Below are positions 1-13,000 of a DNA stretch of 64,000 bases, one piece after another (position 1 is the first letter of the stretch; each line of letters starts with the position of its first letter). Made by a program: the position numbers and the translations under genes. The notes below the pieces were generated by a model. That model did no database searches. It was not told the DNA's origin and saw only the letters and a program-made list of their open reading frames with translations. This DNA comes from Phoronis australis (taxonomy: Eukaryota > Animalia > Phoronida): assembly GCA_002633005.1 (NCBI GenBank), contig NMRA01000097.1, forward strand, positions 707,734-771,733, given 5' to 3'.

Positions 1-467
1 GTACAGTTGACAACAACCGTACGAATGTGCAAATATTGTTGACACCAACAAATGAATCGCTAACAGCAACTTTGTTAGTCAGATGACCGTGAATCAGAGA
101 TTTCAATTTAAGGGGTGGTTGAACAGCTAGCCCCGGCGATACCGTATTTCACGCCTAGTGTGCATCTGCGTGCCGTCAGCGCATGTTGAAAATGCATAAT
201 GACTGCAGCAGTGGGCACTTTTATGCACGGCATACAGACTTACTCTACTGTCTAGTAGAGATGGTCTTAGTTCGCGCGGGTAAGTTATCAGTAACACGTG
301 CATTTTCCCAAGAAGATCGAATACCGGTACATAAATGGAGTGGAGTGCAAAGACCTGCAGAAGCCGTTGTAGCTGAGAAGGTAATGTGTTCCGTGTTTGT
401 TATTTAGTGACGTATACAGCAACATTGTCTCACGAGAGTACGGTATTCAAACTAAGTACCAAATCCG

Positions 468-622
468 CCTCCCGTTCAGTAACGCTAGGACCTTGCTTAA
501 AAGCAAGACTTATTTGCGAGATTACGCGAGATATTGCAATGTATTTTAAATTAGAGCACGTGACCTTGACTAGCTTTTGGCTAGGTCTTAGCGTAGGTCC
601 TAGCGTCTACTGAACGCACGCC
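468..622. mobile_element. Fold-back MITE, copy 1 of 2
   Basis: Imperfect terminal inverted repeats (cgttcagtaacgctaggacct ... aggtcctagcgtctactgaacg); a near-identical copy lies at ~4445-4598. Confidence 0.7.
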
Positions 623-1017
623 AGCTTTGCCCCAACAACGACGGAAGTGAACCTTGATCCATAATGGTGTGGCAATACATCTTTTAAAACATTCTTGTGT
701 CTCAAGCTTTCCAATTCATAGACCAGCCCTGTCCGCACATTTCGATTAATCATAGATAAGACGTTGTATTCGACTGCGTTTGTGATTCGACTCACCTTTT
801 CAGAACTCTAGAATAACTGAAACCGAGCCATATTTTGCTTCCCGCATTTTCGTTTCAATTGACTCCACCTGTCTGCACAAGCTGATATGAAGTTGATACA
901 AATTAAGTCGCGGTGGTATGGAAAATCAGGCCGTGTGTGTATGCTAGGACTACCCCGCAATAACTTGAGTTTGGGTTTTTACGTGCTTTTTTCTTTGTCA
1001 CATTACAGGAGGTCGAC

Positions 1018-4000
1018 ATGAATGTGTTTCTGACCGTGTTGTTGTGCGCACTTGGCGCTGTGCATTCAGCTCCGTTAGATGGCGTTTTGTTCCGCGAGGC
1101 CAGAGGTAATGTTTGTGCTTTTGGAACTGCATGCACGAATTTATGTTTGTTTTCTGCTTATGATTGATGTCTACTAGTAAAGACCAGTCACTGATGGCTG
1201 CTGACTTACCATCATGTGTCAAAAATGGTGGTTGAATGCCGAACGCACGAGGGAGACATTGTTCAAATGTAGGCTACTGTGCCATTCCGATGAGTCCCGT
1301 TGATGAAAATCTTTATCTACAAACGTGCTTATGATTCCCACTGTTTTGGATTTGAACGATCCACGCTACATAGAAATCTTTAAACTTAGTCTTACTGACT
1401 GTTTGTTACAGCCAGAAATGGTTTCGAAGAAGGCCGATCTGTTGGCAGAGTGTCTGTTGTCAACGAGGCATCTGGTCTCGCGGCCAGTCGTCGCCATCCT
1501 GGCATTCTCTACACTCTAAACGACTCAGGTGGAAAAGCGAGAGTAAGTTTTAAATGACAACAATAAAACGTTTACCGACAGCCATTCTGCATTTGATATG
1601 TTTTAAAACGTTTTTAAAAGTGAAATTCTCCAGTTAGTCGATGGTTCACATAAATTACGTCACTGAGTTCCGCTTAAAACGTCACAATTTGCCTTGTTTA
1701 TTGGCTAATAACGAAATTTGAATTAGACCTTTTACTCTCATAAAATCGACGTCGTGATATTCCTTTCCGTAATAAGATTCCAGGTATTTCCATATACTAA
1801 CAAAAAAACATCGATCATGCATGCCCATCGGTGAATAAACTTTATCACGGAGTTACAGTCTAAATCAAAAGCTTGATTCTTTGATAATTAAAGCAGGGTG
1901 AAAGCCGTTGTAGCATGTTCAAAACAGTACAATGAAATACAAAAATAATGACATAGGCGGGTCAAGGGGGTCTGGATGGCCCATTTTTCCCTTGAGTAGT
2001 AATATCCTAGAATTTTCAAGTTGTGGCTTGGACCCCTTTTAAAAAAAATTGATTCCGCCCCTGAGTGCAAACTTTGCAGAAAGTCGACATTTTCCGGATT
2101 CTATTTCAAGATTGTGATCAAGTATAATTAACATAACTTAGAGGGTCAAACTTTAACCACGGAAGGATTCGTGCTCGTGCTACGACGATCCGGCGAGCCG
2201 CTACTCTCCGTTCGGCATTCGTGGTAAGCGTGATGCTGTCCGTGGTAAAAGTTAAGTTACCGCCTTTGAACCTACTGCATCATCGCTTTACAGCTCTACG
2301 CCATCAGCGCCAATAATGGAGCCTCGGTAGCCCAGTTTGACATCAGCGGATCCAGGAACCAAGATTGGGAGGATCTGGCTGTGGGACCATGTGGTGACTC
2401 CAGCGGATATTGTATCTTCATCGGTGACGTTGGCGGTGAGTTTCTGTCAAACTGAATTATAACCTAGTACTATGTCGATACGCTAAGAGGTTTGACGGCA
2501 GGAGGATATACATGTGTACATAGTGTGTAAAACAACTACACCGGCATGCCATCTTGAGAACAGACACCAATTTCTGTCCTCCCGTGACATTGTCGTTGAA
2601 CCCCTGTACACTAATTCCTAGATCCGCCGGTGTTTGTCCTAAACATTGTTTAGATCATGATAAACTGCGCTATTAAAATTAATTGGAAAATTGCCTCTAG
2701 TATTCAGACAAGTAATAGTGAAGATGTACCGGATTTCATCGTCCCAACTGTACATGTATAAGCTGACATTGTACTCTGCTGATACGGCGGATTCTGTGTT
2801 TCGCTATGTAAAGATTAGCAACAAAGACGTGTTAAACTGTACTTGCATAGGCCCAACTAGTATGTGGTAGTCAAAACTCAAGTTTCAAGCCGCTATGGAC
2901 CTCCTTCCTTTAAGACAAACGAAACTCTTACCAATGAAATTGTTCCCCAAGCAAATTAGAGTTTATTTCTGGTTTTGCAACTGATATTCCATTACTGGTA
3001 CATGAATAGAGGCCAGGCTCTGAAGAGTTGCCGTTTCACGGGTGCTCTATGCGCCGAGTATGATCTTAAGGAATGCGTACTGTTCTTTGCTAGTAAATCG
3101 CATCTGGTCTGAGTAAAGAAAAAGTTGAGATCAATTCCATAGCGACAATAGGTCTAAATCAAAAGTAAGTAGCCACTTTAACACGACCTATAGCAGTTTA
3201 AACCTTTTCGTTGTTAATTCAATTACTCGTCAAAAGTTCGTGTAGCAAGAATAACGGATTTCACTTGGTTTTATCATCGAAGGTAATTCCGGATACGTTT
3301 CTAACACCGTGTACAAGGTGCGAGAGCCCAGCTCAATGCACACTCAAACGCTGCATGTGGTGTCTTCAATCCGCTTCTCGTGGAGTCAACGGGATTGCGA
3401 ATCCGTGATGGTCGACGAAACCGGACAGGTATTACTGCAAAGTCTGAATAACAAGTCTTGGCCAGTGCTATATACCCTACATACTATCGCTTAAGAGTAG
3501 AAATCTGAACACTAAATACTCTTACAGTATCTGTTACTTCGTTGCCCCTAAATACCTGAAAATGGGATTGAATACTAATTTGGAAATCGTTCAATATAGA
3601 GCAGGGGAGAGTTCCCCTGACCCCGTTTCTTGGACAAAAAGCGAGGTCACAGATTGAAATCCCGAGAGCAAAAGGGTGAGTGTTTTGCTGGACGTGTTCC
3701 GAGCGGAGACTAGACGCCCCTATCTCTTCTGCATGATTGGTAATCAAAATGACGTCGAGTAACTTCGCATCGAACGCTGATCCTCCCAACAAAGGCTTAT
3801 ATTGGTCACCTCTTCCCAGTAATTGTCTGTTAGTATTTTTAATTCCACGTTGGTGTCCGCCCGGTAGCAAAAACACCAGGGTTTTTTATGTATTATTTTC
3901 ACTAGATTTTTTAAATATTAAGAATTCAACGTACACTTCACTCTCGGTATCTTCAAAGCAATGAAAATAAAATTGCTGAAGAGTTTAGGACAATCAGTCT

Positions 4001-5515
4001 TTGCGCAAAGCTTACAAATGTGCCAAAAATTTAGGGAACATAGTGGAGTCCCTGTTGGGACCGTTTCAAGCAAGAGAAGTTGATCTTAATTGACATTTTA
4101 CTTATTTGCTCTTGGGTCACTTGTCCTACATGTATAAAGTGTGCGTGGTGCCGTACATGTATATCCACAAGTGTTCCATTCGGGGATGTGCACCAACTTT
4201 ACACAGTTCATTCAGGCCCTTATACCCACTAGTGTTCCACCGGGGATGTGCACCAACTTTACACAGTTCATATAGGCTGATAAGGTAACGCCTCACGTTA
4301 CTGCTGGCTTACGCAGTTAATGTTCATGTAACTGCCTAAGTGTTACAAATCACATACAAACGGATCAAATGTTCGACCTCCTAAAGACACTATGTTTCAT
4401 TAAATTGTGAATATGCAAATTAAGTACTGGTTTACAATCAACCCGGCCTCCCGTTCATTAACGCTAGGACCTCGTTAAAAAGCAAGACTTTGCGAGATTA
4501 CGGGAGATATTTCCGTGTATTTTAAAAGAGAACACGTGACTTTGGCTAAATTTTAGCTAGGTCCTAGCGTAGGTCCTAACGCTACTGAACGCACGCCGGA
4601 TCTTCCGGTGTGCCGGAAACCATCCGAGAACCAGTTACCATTACAATCTCGCAAAAGTCTGCTTTATGTAAATGAGTATCGTAATATTTCAATGTTACCC
4701 TAATGGAACAAGGCACAGTTTTTATCATTTGTTTATTTCATTATCCAATAATGACTGAGTACTATTTGGAATTACTAGTTTTTTATATATTATCACCTAT
4801 TTTTAAGTCTATCAGTAGACTGTTTTCTTTAAAACTGCAATTTATTTTCAAATTATTTCTTTTCCTGATTATATGTGTACACGCAGTTCTCCAGAAAGTC
4901 ACTAGTTGGCGCTTGATACAAATTTGAATATTCACGGTTGTAATGAGAAGACTTTAAGTACAGTGTACGTGCTTAACAGTTGCAGCCCCTGTCTGCAACG
5001 GTGGCATAATGTCCGCCACCTGTAAATGTGCAAGCCGCCTGCTCGCATTTTTGTTACTGCTCCAATTTCTACTTTTTTTCTCCATGTCTCATTCGCGTCA
5101 AACACACTGAAGAAACTCAATTCTGTTTCTCTTACAGGTGTATTTGATATCTAAAGTTTCTCCAGGTCAGCGCCCCAAGCTGTACGCCCTACCCAAATCA
5201 GGTTGGGGAAGCTCTTCGAGAGTAAATATCGCTTCCATCGCCAAACTACCGATAACTTCCCGCAGCAATAATCCTGTGGCAGCCGACATCTCGCCAAACG
5301 GACAAGAGATTTTAGTGAAGGCGTACGGTCACGTGTACTACTGGAAGCGCCGCTCTGGCGAGAGCGTGAAAGACGCGCTCCAGCGCGGTCAGACGGAGAA
5401 TCCCATGAGACACGAGCAGCAGGGGGAAACGGTCGCCTGGAGCGCCAGCGGTAACGGTTACTACACGCTGAGCGAGGGCTGGAATCAAAATTTGTACTTC
5501 TTCAAAAGGCAATAA
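1018..5515 (+). CDS. Secreted 294-aa protein resembling a bacterial beta-propeller family (5 coding exons)
   Basis: Exons 1018-1105, 1412-1542, 2294-2435, 3283-3428, 5138-5515. All introns GT..AG with matching phases (1,0,1,0); total 885 nt. Translation: signal peptide MNVFLTVLLCALGAVHSA, then VNEASGLAASRRHPGILYTLNDSGG, NQDWEDLAVGPCG, IFIGDVGGN, DCESVMVD, AADISPNGQEILVKAY, QQGETVAWSASGNGYYTLSEG. Possible non-coding first exon ending at the donor at 380/381. Confidence 0.88.
4165..4278. repeat. Two-copy tandem repeat with 60-bp period
   Basis: agtgttcca..cggggatgtgcaccaactttacacagttcat occurs at ~4169 and ~4231; the core cggggatgtg starts at 4181 and 4241. Confidence 0.8.
4445..4598. mobile_element. 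Fold-back MITE, copy 2 of 2 (intron 4 of gene 1)
   Basis: Aligns by eye to 468-622, including the internal aaaagcaagact...tgcgagattacg segment. Confidence 0.7.
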
Positions 5516-5706
5516 TTAAATTACTGTTGGTCTTCGGCATTTGAAATCAACCTAATTCGTTTTCACCATTTCTGAATCGAAATATGGTTACGGGTAAATT
5601 AAAACTGAGTGTATTTCATGATGTTTTAATAACCTCAGGTATTCAACCAAATATCTACAAAGCAATAGATTATAAGTGAGCGAAATTTAGATTATTTCAT
5701 GGAGAA

Positions 5707-6562
5707 GTCGTTATCCCCCGTAATCTAGACCCCGAGTGGATTTTAGAGAATTATCGACCGAGGGGTCAAAGACCCTGGGGCGATAATTCTACAATATCCA
5801 CGAGGGCTCTAGATAAGGGGGATAACGACTGCGAACACGTAATAATCTATTTATACCACATACTGAACGAGAAACATTTCAATGAATCGATCTACCTTTC
5901 TCGACTCGCCTCGTCTTTGTAACTACTTTCTATATATGTCAGAGGTACGGGGTCGGAGGTCGTGACTTTTAATAGAAAACGCCGAGTTATTCTTGTTAAA
6001 TTCATGTTTTTACTCAAAACCAATTGGAAATTAAACAAAATAGAAATAAATTGAATGCATAGCATTAGTTTTAAGCAACGAGTCGAACTTACTACACATC
6101 TTATTATCCTAAGCTTCCACCGTGAAAATATGGTCTGCCGAAGTAGGTTACCAGTGGTTATTGAGTATATTGTCCAAGTCAATGAATCTCGACCACATGT
6201 TACCGACATTCAAACTGGAGATCGATGATGTACAAGTGAGAGAAAATAACAGATAGATTTTACTGAATTAAAGATGTCGTTTTTATTGAAATTGTACGTC
6301 TTATTTTTCATAACGTATAAATTTCTGAACAAAATATCTTTTGTTGAACATTTGATTATTGCGCGTCCTCATTTATGTATCCTATTTTTCGATGACGTCA
6401 GCTGCTGAGTGGCGCAGCGGTTAAGTGGACGACTTGAAAGACTTGTGAAGCGGGTTCGAAACCGGCATCGGTTTCCCGCCAAAATGTAATTCACCGCGCG
6501 TTGAATAACAATGGGTTATTTAACGGTTGTATTGGCCATGTCAAGCTGATAATGTGGTATAA
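5707..6562. mobile_element. Non-autonomous DNA element with a ~125-bp hairpin and a short inverted repeat pair (possibly Helentron/HINE-like)
   Basis: Imperfect palindrome 5707-5830 (agtcgttatccccc ... gggggataacgact). Inverted pair ttataccacat (5851) / atgtggtataa (~6552-6562). Superfamily assignment is inference. Confidence 0.45.
6401..6472 (+). pseudogene. Degenerate tRNA-like sequence (SINE head or tRNA pseudogene)
   Basis: A-box TGGCGCAGCGG and B-box GGTTCGAAACC at tRNA-like spacing; acceptor and anticodon stems pair poorly. Confidence 0.55.
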
Positions 6563-7476
6563 CTATAATTAATTAATAACCTATGAAATGTAACAAATTA
6601 ATCACGAATTACTGAATCAATTCCACGAGTTAATTGATGCAATTAATGATGAGCCGGTAATGAACCCATTAAATAATCCTGAAGATGTTACGAACAAGTG
6701 ATTTCACAATATCGATGTAAATTCACATCATGGTTTTGAAAAGAAAGACATCGTCATACCGACAAATGCACGAATTCGGAAATTGTCAACAATTGATGAA
6801 CCCGTAGAATGTGACAGATAAAATGACGTGGTAAAGGTCGATGAAAATCCAGGCACGCGCTTTTAAAACGTCGCACCCACTGCTATTTTCGTCAACCTGA
6901 AAGCGGTAATCCTATACTACAAAATACGAAGTTCGAAGTAACGAGCAGTAGTGTAGTGAGCTAGTCGCACCGTGACAACTCGCGCTGTGACGCTATAGAC
7001 GCACGTATACAGACGTTTGAACATAGTTCAAAACGCTAAATGGTCGGCCATGTCGACGCACTGGTACACAATGGGCGGCAACTCTTTTCGTTACACAACT
7101 TGGCCTGAAAAGGACAGCATATACAAATCGAGTTGATGGAGCATCCTGCGTTCACTATTCTACAGTGAAGCTAAACTCTACATGTATGTTCATAGTACTG
7201 GTATGCATATTCTGTCGACTTCTGTGTGAACCGAAATACCCTAGCGATGAAAGGGCTGTTACGGAACTGCGCGTAAAACTAACACTTTGACATTCTGTTG
7301 AAAACATCCAGAACCTAATTGTTGAAATTCTAATTATAATGAAACTACCGTGCGATTCAGTTGAAAACGTGTGTAGCGCTGAGAAACGGAGTTTTTAGCG
7401 CATTTCATGGCCAAGTATGCATGCTATATCGAACACTTCGTTTCCCGGTTCAAAGCATGACAGATATCACAGTTAA

Positions 7477-9142
7477 AGGAGAATGCCACACGATTCAATT
7501 AGCGTTTTTTGCCGTCTTAATCGGTCTATATCCACATCGCCTCGCATACGGTCGACCTTACCTTGCCAAGAGGTGTCGCGTTAACCTGTGAGGAAGGTGA
7601 GAAACGACGCTAGCGACGTCAGTGGTTCATATGCAGAGTGAATGCCGCTATTGCAGTGCATCGTTCCCGCTTGTCCGGACTAAACAGCTGCGAGGAAAGC
7701 GGCTATATCGTTTTTTTTTTCTTCCTTGAGAGTCCGAAATGCTTAGGAAGTGGCTCATGGTAGTGAAGAATGAAATTTACGATGTACATGTAAATAGCAA
7801 GTATGAGGCCGTGAAACATCTCCGTGTCTGTGGCCTGCAGACGTCGCCAGTGCCTGACAAATGCCTGCTTACCAAATAACTCCATACGTTCCGTTGTCTG
7901 AGCTTGTTCACGGCGCCTCTCTAGTATTTCTTCATCACTATATTCCTGTTTGAATTGACAGTCTGTAAAACTTAACGATCCACCTTCGAAGTCGGGACTG
8001 ATGAGCTCTAGATCGTCCTAAGTCGGGATTGCGAGTTGCCATGTTGGCGTTATATGTACTGAGCGTTCTGTTTCAAATTGAATTATTCTCACCCTAACCA
8101 ATACTTAAATAAAATTGAAACAAAATCTGTCCCATTAGATACAATTTGTAATGCCTTTGGACTGTTCGTGAGTGCAAATGATTTGAGAAGCCAGCAATGA
8201 ATAAATCACTGCGTTACCGGCTTTAGGTGAAATGAAACTAATTGACGGGACACCTAGGCCATGTGACCTCATGGTAATTTAGTGTTTGCTGGCAGAAACT
8301 CTTGTGATTTCCATCCCACGGCCAGGTGCTAAGGGAATCTTTATTTACATTTATATTACTCAAATAATGATTGTCAATGTACAACTTCTGCCCTGACGGT
8401 GCTGTGGCCAAAGCGGAGCCTGAATTCGCGGCCCCCCGACGAGTAAGTAGATTTGCAGTTTCGTGGCTAATTCACCAACATACTGAATCAGGTGCGCATT
8501 ACTTTGGCTAACTAGACTGGAAGTTTAGTTTCCACTGAACTTTGGCTGGTCTATATTCGTGAAGTCTGATCAGTTTCCGAGCCACTGGCGTTGATCGGAT
8601 AACGAGTCAATTCGGCCGACCGCGACGGGCCTGATCGGGCTCCGAGCCACTAGCCAGGATAACAAGCGTTTTCTGTGTTTAGAACTCAAAAAAGTCTAAA
8701 CAACACAGATCTAGGTTCTCCTGTCTGTATCTCACGGAAAGTACTTCAAAATTATCTCCGAACAGACCCCAAACTCCTGCTACGGACCTTATTGCCCTGC
8801 CGAACTTTGTAGGCTACGGTGTTTCCAAATACCAATAAATCCGTAAGAGCGAAATCAAACAACACGTTTTTGTAAGAACTAGGTGTATTTTTAAGGGTTT
8901 TACATCGAAGTTTGATGATTTGTTGGTGTTAAACGATGACTTCAAGCGATAAGCTGACACCAGTAACCCGTGTTGTGAACTGCTAAACAGACCGCGTGTG
9001 AAACCGATGACGCCACTGGATAATTTGAACACCTCCGTCTGCCGTCAGGTGTCAGGGAACGCAACCGTACGTGTCGTTTATGGAGTAGAACTACTCGATC
9101 TAAATTGATACAAATTAGGTTGTTTTTGGGTGGCATGCTCCT
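7477..9142 (-). mobile_element. Kolobok-like non-autonomous DNA transposon (~1.67 kb)
   Basis: TTAA on both flanks (7473-7476, 9143-9146). TIRs AGGAGAATGCCAC / GTGGCATGCTCCT match 12/13. Decayed minus-strand coding remnants include CQFKQEYSDEEILERR (~7910-7965) and a possible THAP-like VCSE (~8760). Confidence 0.65.
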
Positions 9143-10502
9143 TTAAAATGGTTTAGGGAAATATAATATAAATGTTTTTGTACACTTAGCATTATGAAAA
9201 ATGCTCTGAAACACTTTTGAACACGCTTGATTAAGTTCTTTGATGTCGCGTGAAATTGGTCCATTGGAGTCATTATCAATAATTACATATGGGGTTTCCC
9301 CAAAATGACAATTGCCATCGAGTATCAAACAAAATACGAGGATTTAAGAGAAACATGGCAGAGTTAAAGTAAGTACATTTTTGCTTATTTACAAATTGAA
9401 CCTTACACTACCGTGCTTTTTTCATGCCATTAACTCGGTATAAACACAACCAAACAAATGACGTCATATGGAGCTCACAAGGCATTGTTTAACTTGCGAC
9501 GTCATCAATGGGACGTTGCCATTGTTTTCTTTTGTTGCGTTTTTGTTGGATATTACAATATAGGTCGCATTTACATGTACAGCTGTACATGTATACCGTA
9601 CCTTGGGCGATCATCAGCCGGTTACCGACAAATGTTTTTCATTATCTTTATTACAACAAGTGAACAATGGATGCACGTGTTTCCCGTCGCTATGAGACCA
9701 GCTAGCGTCTTAGTTTCTCATATTTCTATTTCATGTCCATCTCGCTGGTAAATTGTCTGTAACTTAACGGGTACCTTGTTTCCGAGGGCGCGAAAAGGTT
9801 TATATTTGGGACCTAGAATATACATTCCTTGGAGATTACCAACAGAAATTTACAGGAACATAGCAGGCATGTTCTCGTTCAAGGAAAAGTAGCAATATTT
9901 TTGTCAGTACGCGCAAACTCAAAATAAGCACTTCTCAGTACGCAAACACCTTCCACGTACCAATTAAATCACCATCATCAATTAGCATCCCTGGTTATAA
10001 AAGTCTGTCTTTAATGTCAATTTTGCTTCTGTGATTCGCTTTAGACAATTAAAAAAATCGCCCCTGGTGCTGCACCATTTTTTTTGTTGTTCAATTATTT
10101 GTATAGATCGTTTTTGCATGTTGATATTTCCTTGATATGGCGGGCGGGGTTCTCGTTAATTACGATATAAACAGTACTAAATTGAGAGAAATGTCGTTGA
10201 AAGTTGACAAAAACGACTGTCTATCCGTCAATTGTTTGAGGTACCATGACGCCTAAAGCTAATCTCCGTCCACGTATCACGACTTGCGAACAATCTGAAT
10301 CTGACTTCGTTTTAAACCCCATGAGGTTTGGTTTGTGTAAGTACCCCATTCACATGTCTTGACGTTCTCCCGTGAGATCTCACCGTCTCTTCGCTGCAGG
10401 GTCGTATGAGGCACTATTTCCACTGAAAACACTCTTTTGGTGCACGTGTAGGCCTACATTATTACAAAACGTGGGTTTATTGGTTCGGATGGTGTTATCT
10501 GG

Positions 10503-10600
10503 CGGGAGAGAGGGGGAGCCGTGGAGATGGGAGAGGGAATGGGGGAGGAAGAGGAAGAATAGAGAAAAGGAGGGAGGGAAAGAGAGAGTGATAAATGTGT

Positions 10601-10633
<33 letters not shown>
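10503..10633. repeat. Purine-rich tract followed by a (TG)n microsatellite, ending at an N
   Basis: ggagagaggggg... low-complexity tract, then tgtgtg at 10596-10633. Confidence 0.9.
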
Positions 10634-10635
10634 NC

Positions 10636-10850
10636 CTTAAGAAATTTACTCAAAATTCGTTTCTCCAACTCTCTCTAAATAACTCCCGTGTCCCAAATAT
10701 TCCACGTCGTATTATTCTAATCCACCTCAGAGTCGGTCCGTATCTAAACGGTCACAAGTTCCAACACAATTTTACAATCTCTGCACTATCCACGTTGTCC
10801 AATAACCTGCACGTAGAGCACTAGGTCCTGTGTTCGAGTCCCGATCGGGG
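10636..10850 (+). mobile_element. Possible non-LTR retrotransposon 3' fragment followed by a tRNA-like B-box
   Basis: Translation ILIHLRVGPYLNGHKFQHNF resembles the C-terminal RLR...LN.H.F region of LINE ORF2. gtgttcgagtcccg occurs at ~10830. Confidence 0.35.
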
Positions 10851-12307
10851 ACAAAAATCTTTACGAACTTATGTTCATTAGTGGCCTATAGGTGGTGTGC
10901 AGAACAGACTTAAAATGTTTGTGAACCTGCACCACTGTTCACTACTTTTCCATACCAGCCAGTAAAAGAGCAAACCAATCATGAATAATCACCGCACTAT
11001 TTTCAACGTTCGTTCCACTTTACTAAATAACACACCCATTGTCCTATTCCGCCTGTGCGGTTCGTCTTTAATGAACACTTTTTCCCATCAGGTCCTTGTT
11101 TAAATTGTTATAAATTTCCGGTGAGATAAAAATCGGCAACACTATCTTTCTGCGTCTGCCAATTGTTGTTTGATTGACCTGTTCCGGAACATACTGTACT
11201 CGCGAAATACTCGCCCTTCACTTATGAAGTTTTGCCTTTTGTCACGAGAAACTAGGTCTTATATTTGAAATTTCCACACAAAGGTAGCTCAAAATTTCTG
11301 GACCCAAGTTTTTCAAACAAGGCAACTAAAAAACTCAAATTAAAACAACTTTGCATGTTATAGATCGGCACGAATCATGATCTTTGTTCCCGGTATAAAA
11401 TATCTCCAAAGCTGCTTGCCCTCGCATTCTCTAACAATATCCACGAGTCATATTTTTCCGGGCATCTCGGTAACATTAGTTCTCGGTAATTGTTAGAAAA
11501 TGAGGACACAAGAATTCGTGTATTTTTTACACTGATCAAAGATCACAATTAGTTCCCATGTAAGTATAAAATACAAAAGTCGGTTTAATCTAAGGTGAAG
11601 CCGTACGCGTCTTATAAGCCAAACTCGGGCCCATCAACTTTAACGTGACCGTATGACGTCATCATCACTAGGCGTGACAAACTTCCGTTTGAGGCGGATA
11701 TCGAAAAAGTCTGGGTATTTATTTTTTATGTTTCTGCTTTTTGTAACTATGGGATAAACAGGCAGGCCTTTAAAATGGCAGAAAGATAAAGATGACAGTT
11801 CACAAAATTGAAGGGATGGTCAATACGTACCATTGTAAATATGAAACTGGTTTTCTAACCTTCAATCGAGTACACCGAGTTTCCAGCCATGAGAATTCAA
11901 ACTCCGTTGTCAATTTGCACAAGAATAACTTCCAGTGAAATTGTCGGTATTCCGATTCCCACTATACGTTTCTGAAGTTTAGCATGCGTGTTTAAGGAGG
12001 CATTTATTTAAAGTTGGTTTTCGTGAGATATCTTGATTTCCTCGAGCGTGAGACGACACGTCAATTGGAAATATTGATGCGTGGATTTTTTTGCCAAAGA
12101 CAAATATAGCGATCGGAAAACCTTGCTACGCAACTAATTATACATTAGAGCGAGTGTGAACTAACAGTTCGTATTCCTTTCTTGGCAGGTCGTTGCCATC
12201 CCTCATTCATGCTATACGATGTATAATAAATGATATTATTATTTTTTTTTTTATTCATGCTATACATTTATATATTCTCGCTAATGAAATGCTGATTTCG
12301 TTTCTTT

Positions 12308-12480
12308 CAAGGAACATTATAGGTTTAGAGCCGAAAACCTCGTTTTAGGATAGACTTTTTAATTTCATTAGCGTTGGTCAGAACTATAAAACAACAGAGT
12401 CCGTTATGTTTTTGTGATTTCGTTACAAATCGTCAATTCTCACCAGTGTCTGTCATCATTCACTGAAAGCACCAGCGCAG
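12308..12480 (+). mobile_element. Partial copy of the TTAA-flanked MITE family at 16250-16578
   Basis: Shared internal sequence attagc.ttg..caga.ctataaaac ... ttttgtgattt..tta.aaatc.tcaatt.tc.cc. Confidence 0.5.
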
Positions 12481-12599
12481 TGACTTACGTTATTGAGGAC
12501 ACTAGAAAAATATCCAGTTTTGCCCATCTTCCAGCATCGTATCAAATTCTCAGAAATGGCTAATGGCATCCACATGAATCTTTCGGATAACATGTGTTT

Positions 12600-13000
12600 T
12601 ACACTTTTCTGTAAAAGGCATTTTTTTTAAATGTTTCACTTTTGCACGAGGGGCTATCACACACTTGAACTTAATATATGATTTCCATGATTTTCATAGT
12701 TGCATAAAACGAAAACGAAACTATAATTTAGAAAAGTGAAACACTGTTTTTGAGATTGAAATTGATATCATACGAAATTCTGTCATGTTTTTGTTGCTGT
12801 TACTTTCCCCTGAATGTACCTTTCATTTTTACTAAATGTTCCAAAAAGCATAGTCACGTGGTCTAGTTAGTGCTATATTGGTATATAAAGTCACAAACCA
12901 ATACTACAGAAATTGCATTTTCAGAAAATATGTACTTTTGTTGAGTTAAACTCTATAGTTTTGTAGATATTTGTTTAGAAAAACAGACTTGTCGATAAAA
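12600..13000 (+). repeat. Dispersed AT-rich repeat, homologous to ~22700-23060
   Basis: Collinear shared blocks: gattttcat..aaaacgaa, tttagaaaa.tg..aac, tgaatgtac, tcac.tg.tc, aaaat.tgtac, atagttt..tagatatt. Confidence 0.55.

Noticed and set aside
4165-4278. Direct repeats with a short spacer as a possible CRISPR-like array
   Set aside because: Only two units of a 60-bp tandem duplication, in an animal intron, with no cas genes.
1018-5515. Bacterial contamination as the explanation for the bacterial-like gene
   Set aside because: Four spliceosomal introns containing host MITEs and a eukaryotic signal-peptide exon show it is integrated in the animal genome.
6401-6472. Functional tRNA gene
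   Set aside because: Acceptor and anticodon stems are disrupted; better treated as a SINE head or pseudogene.
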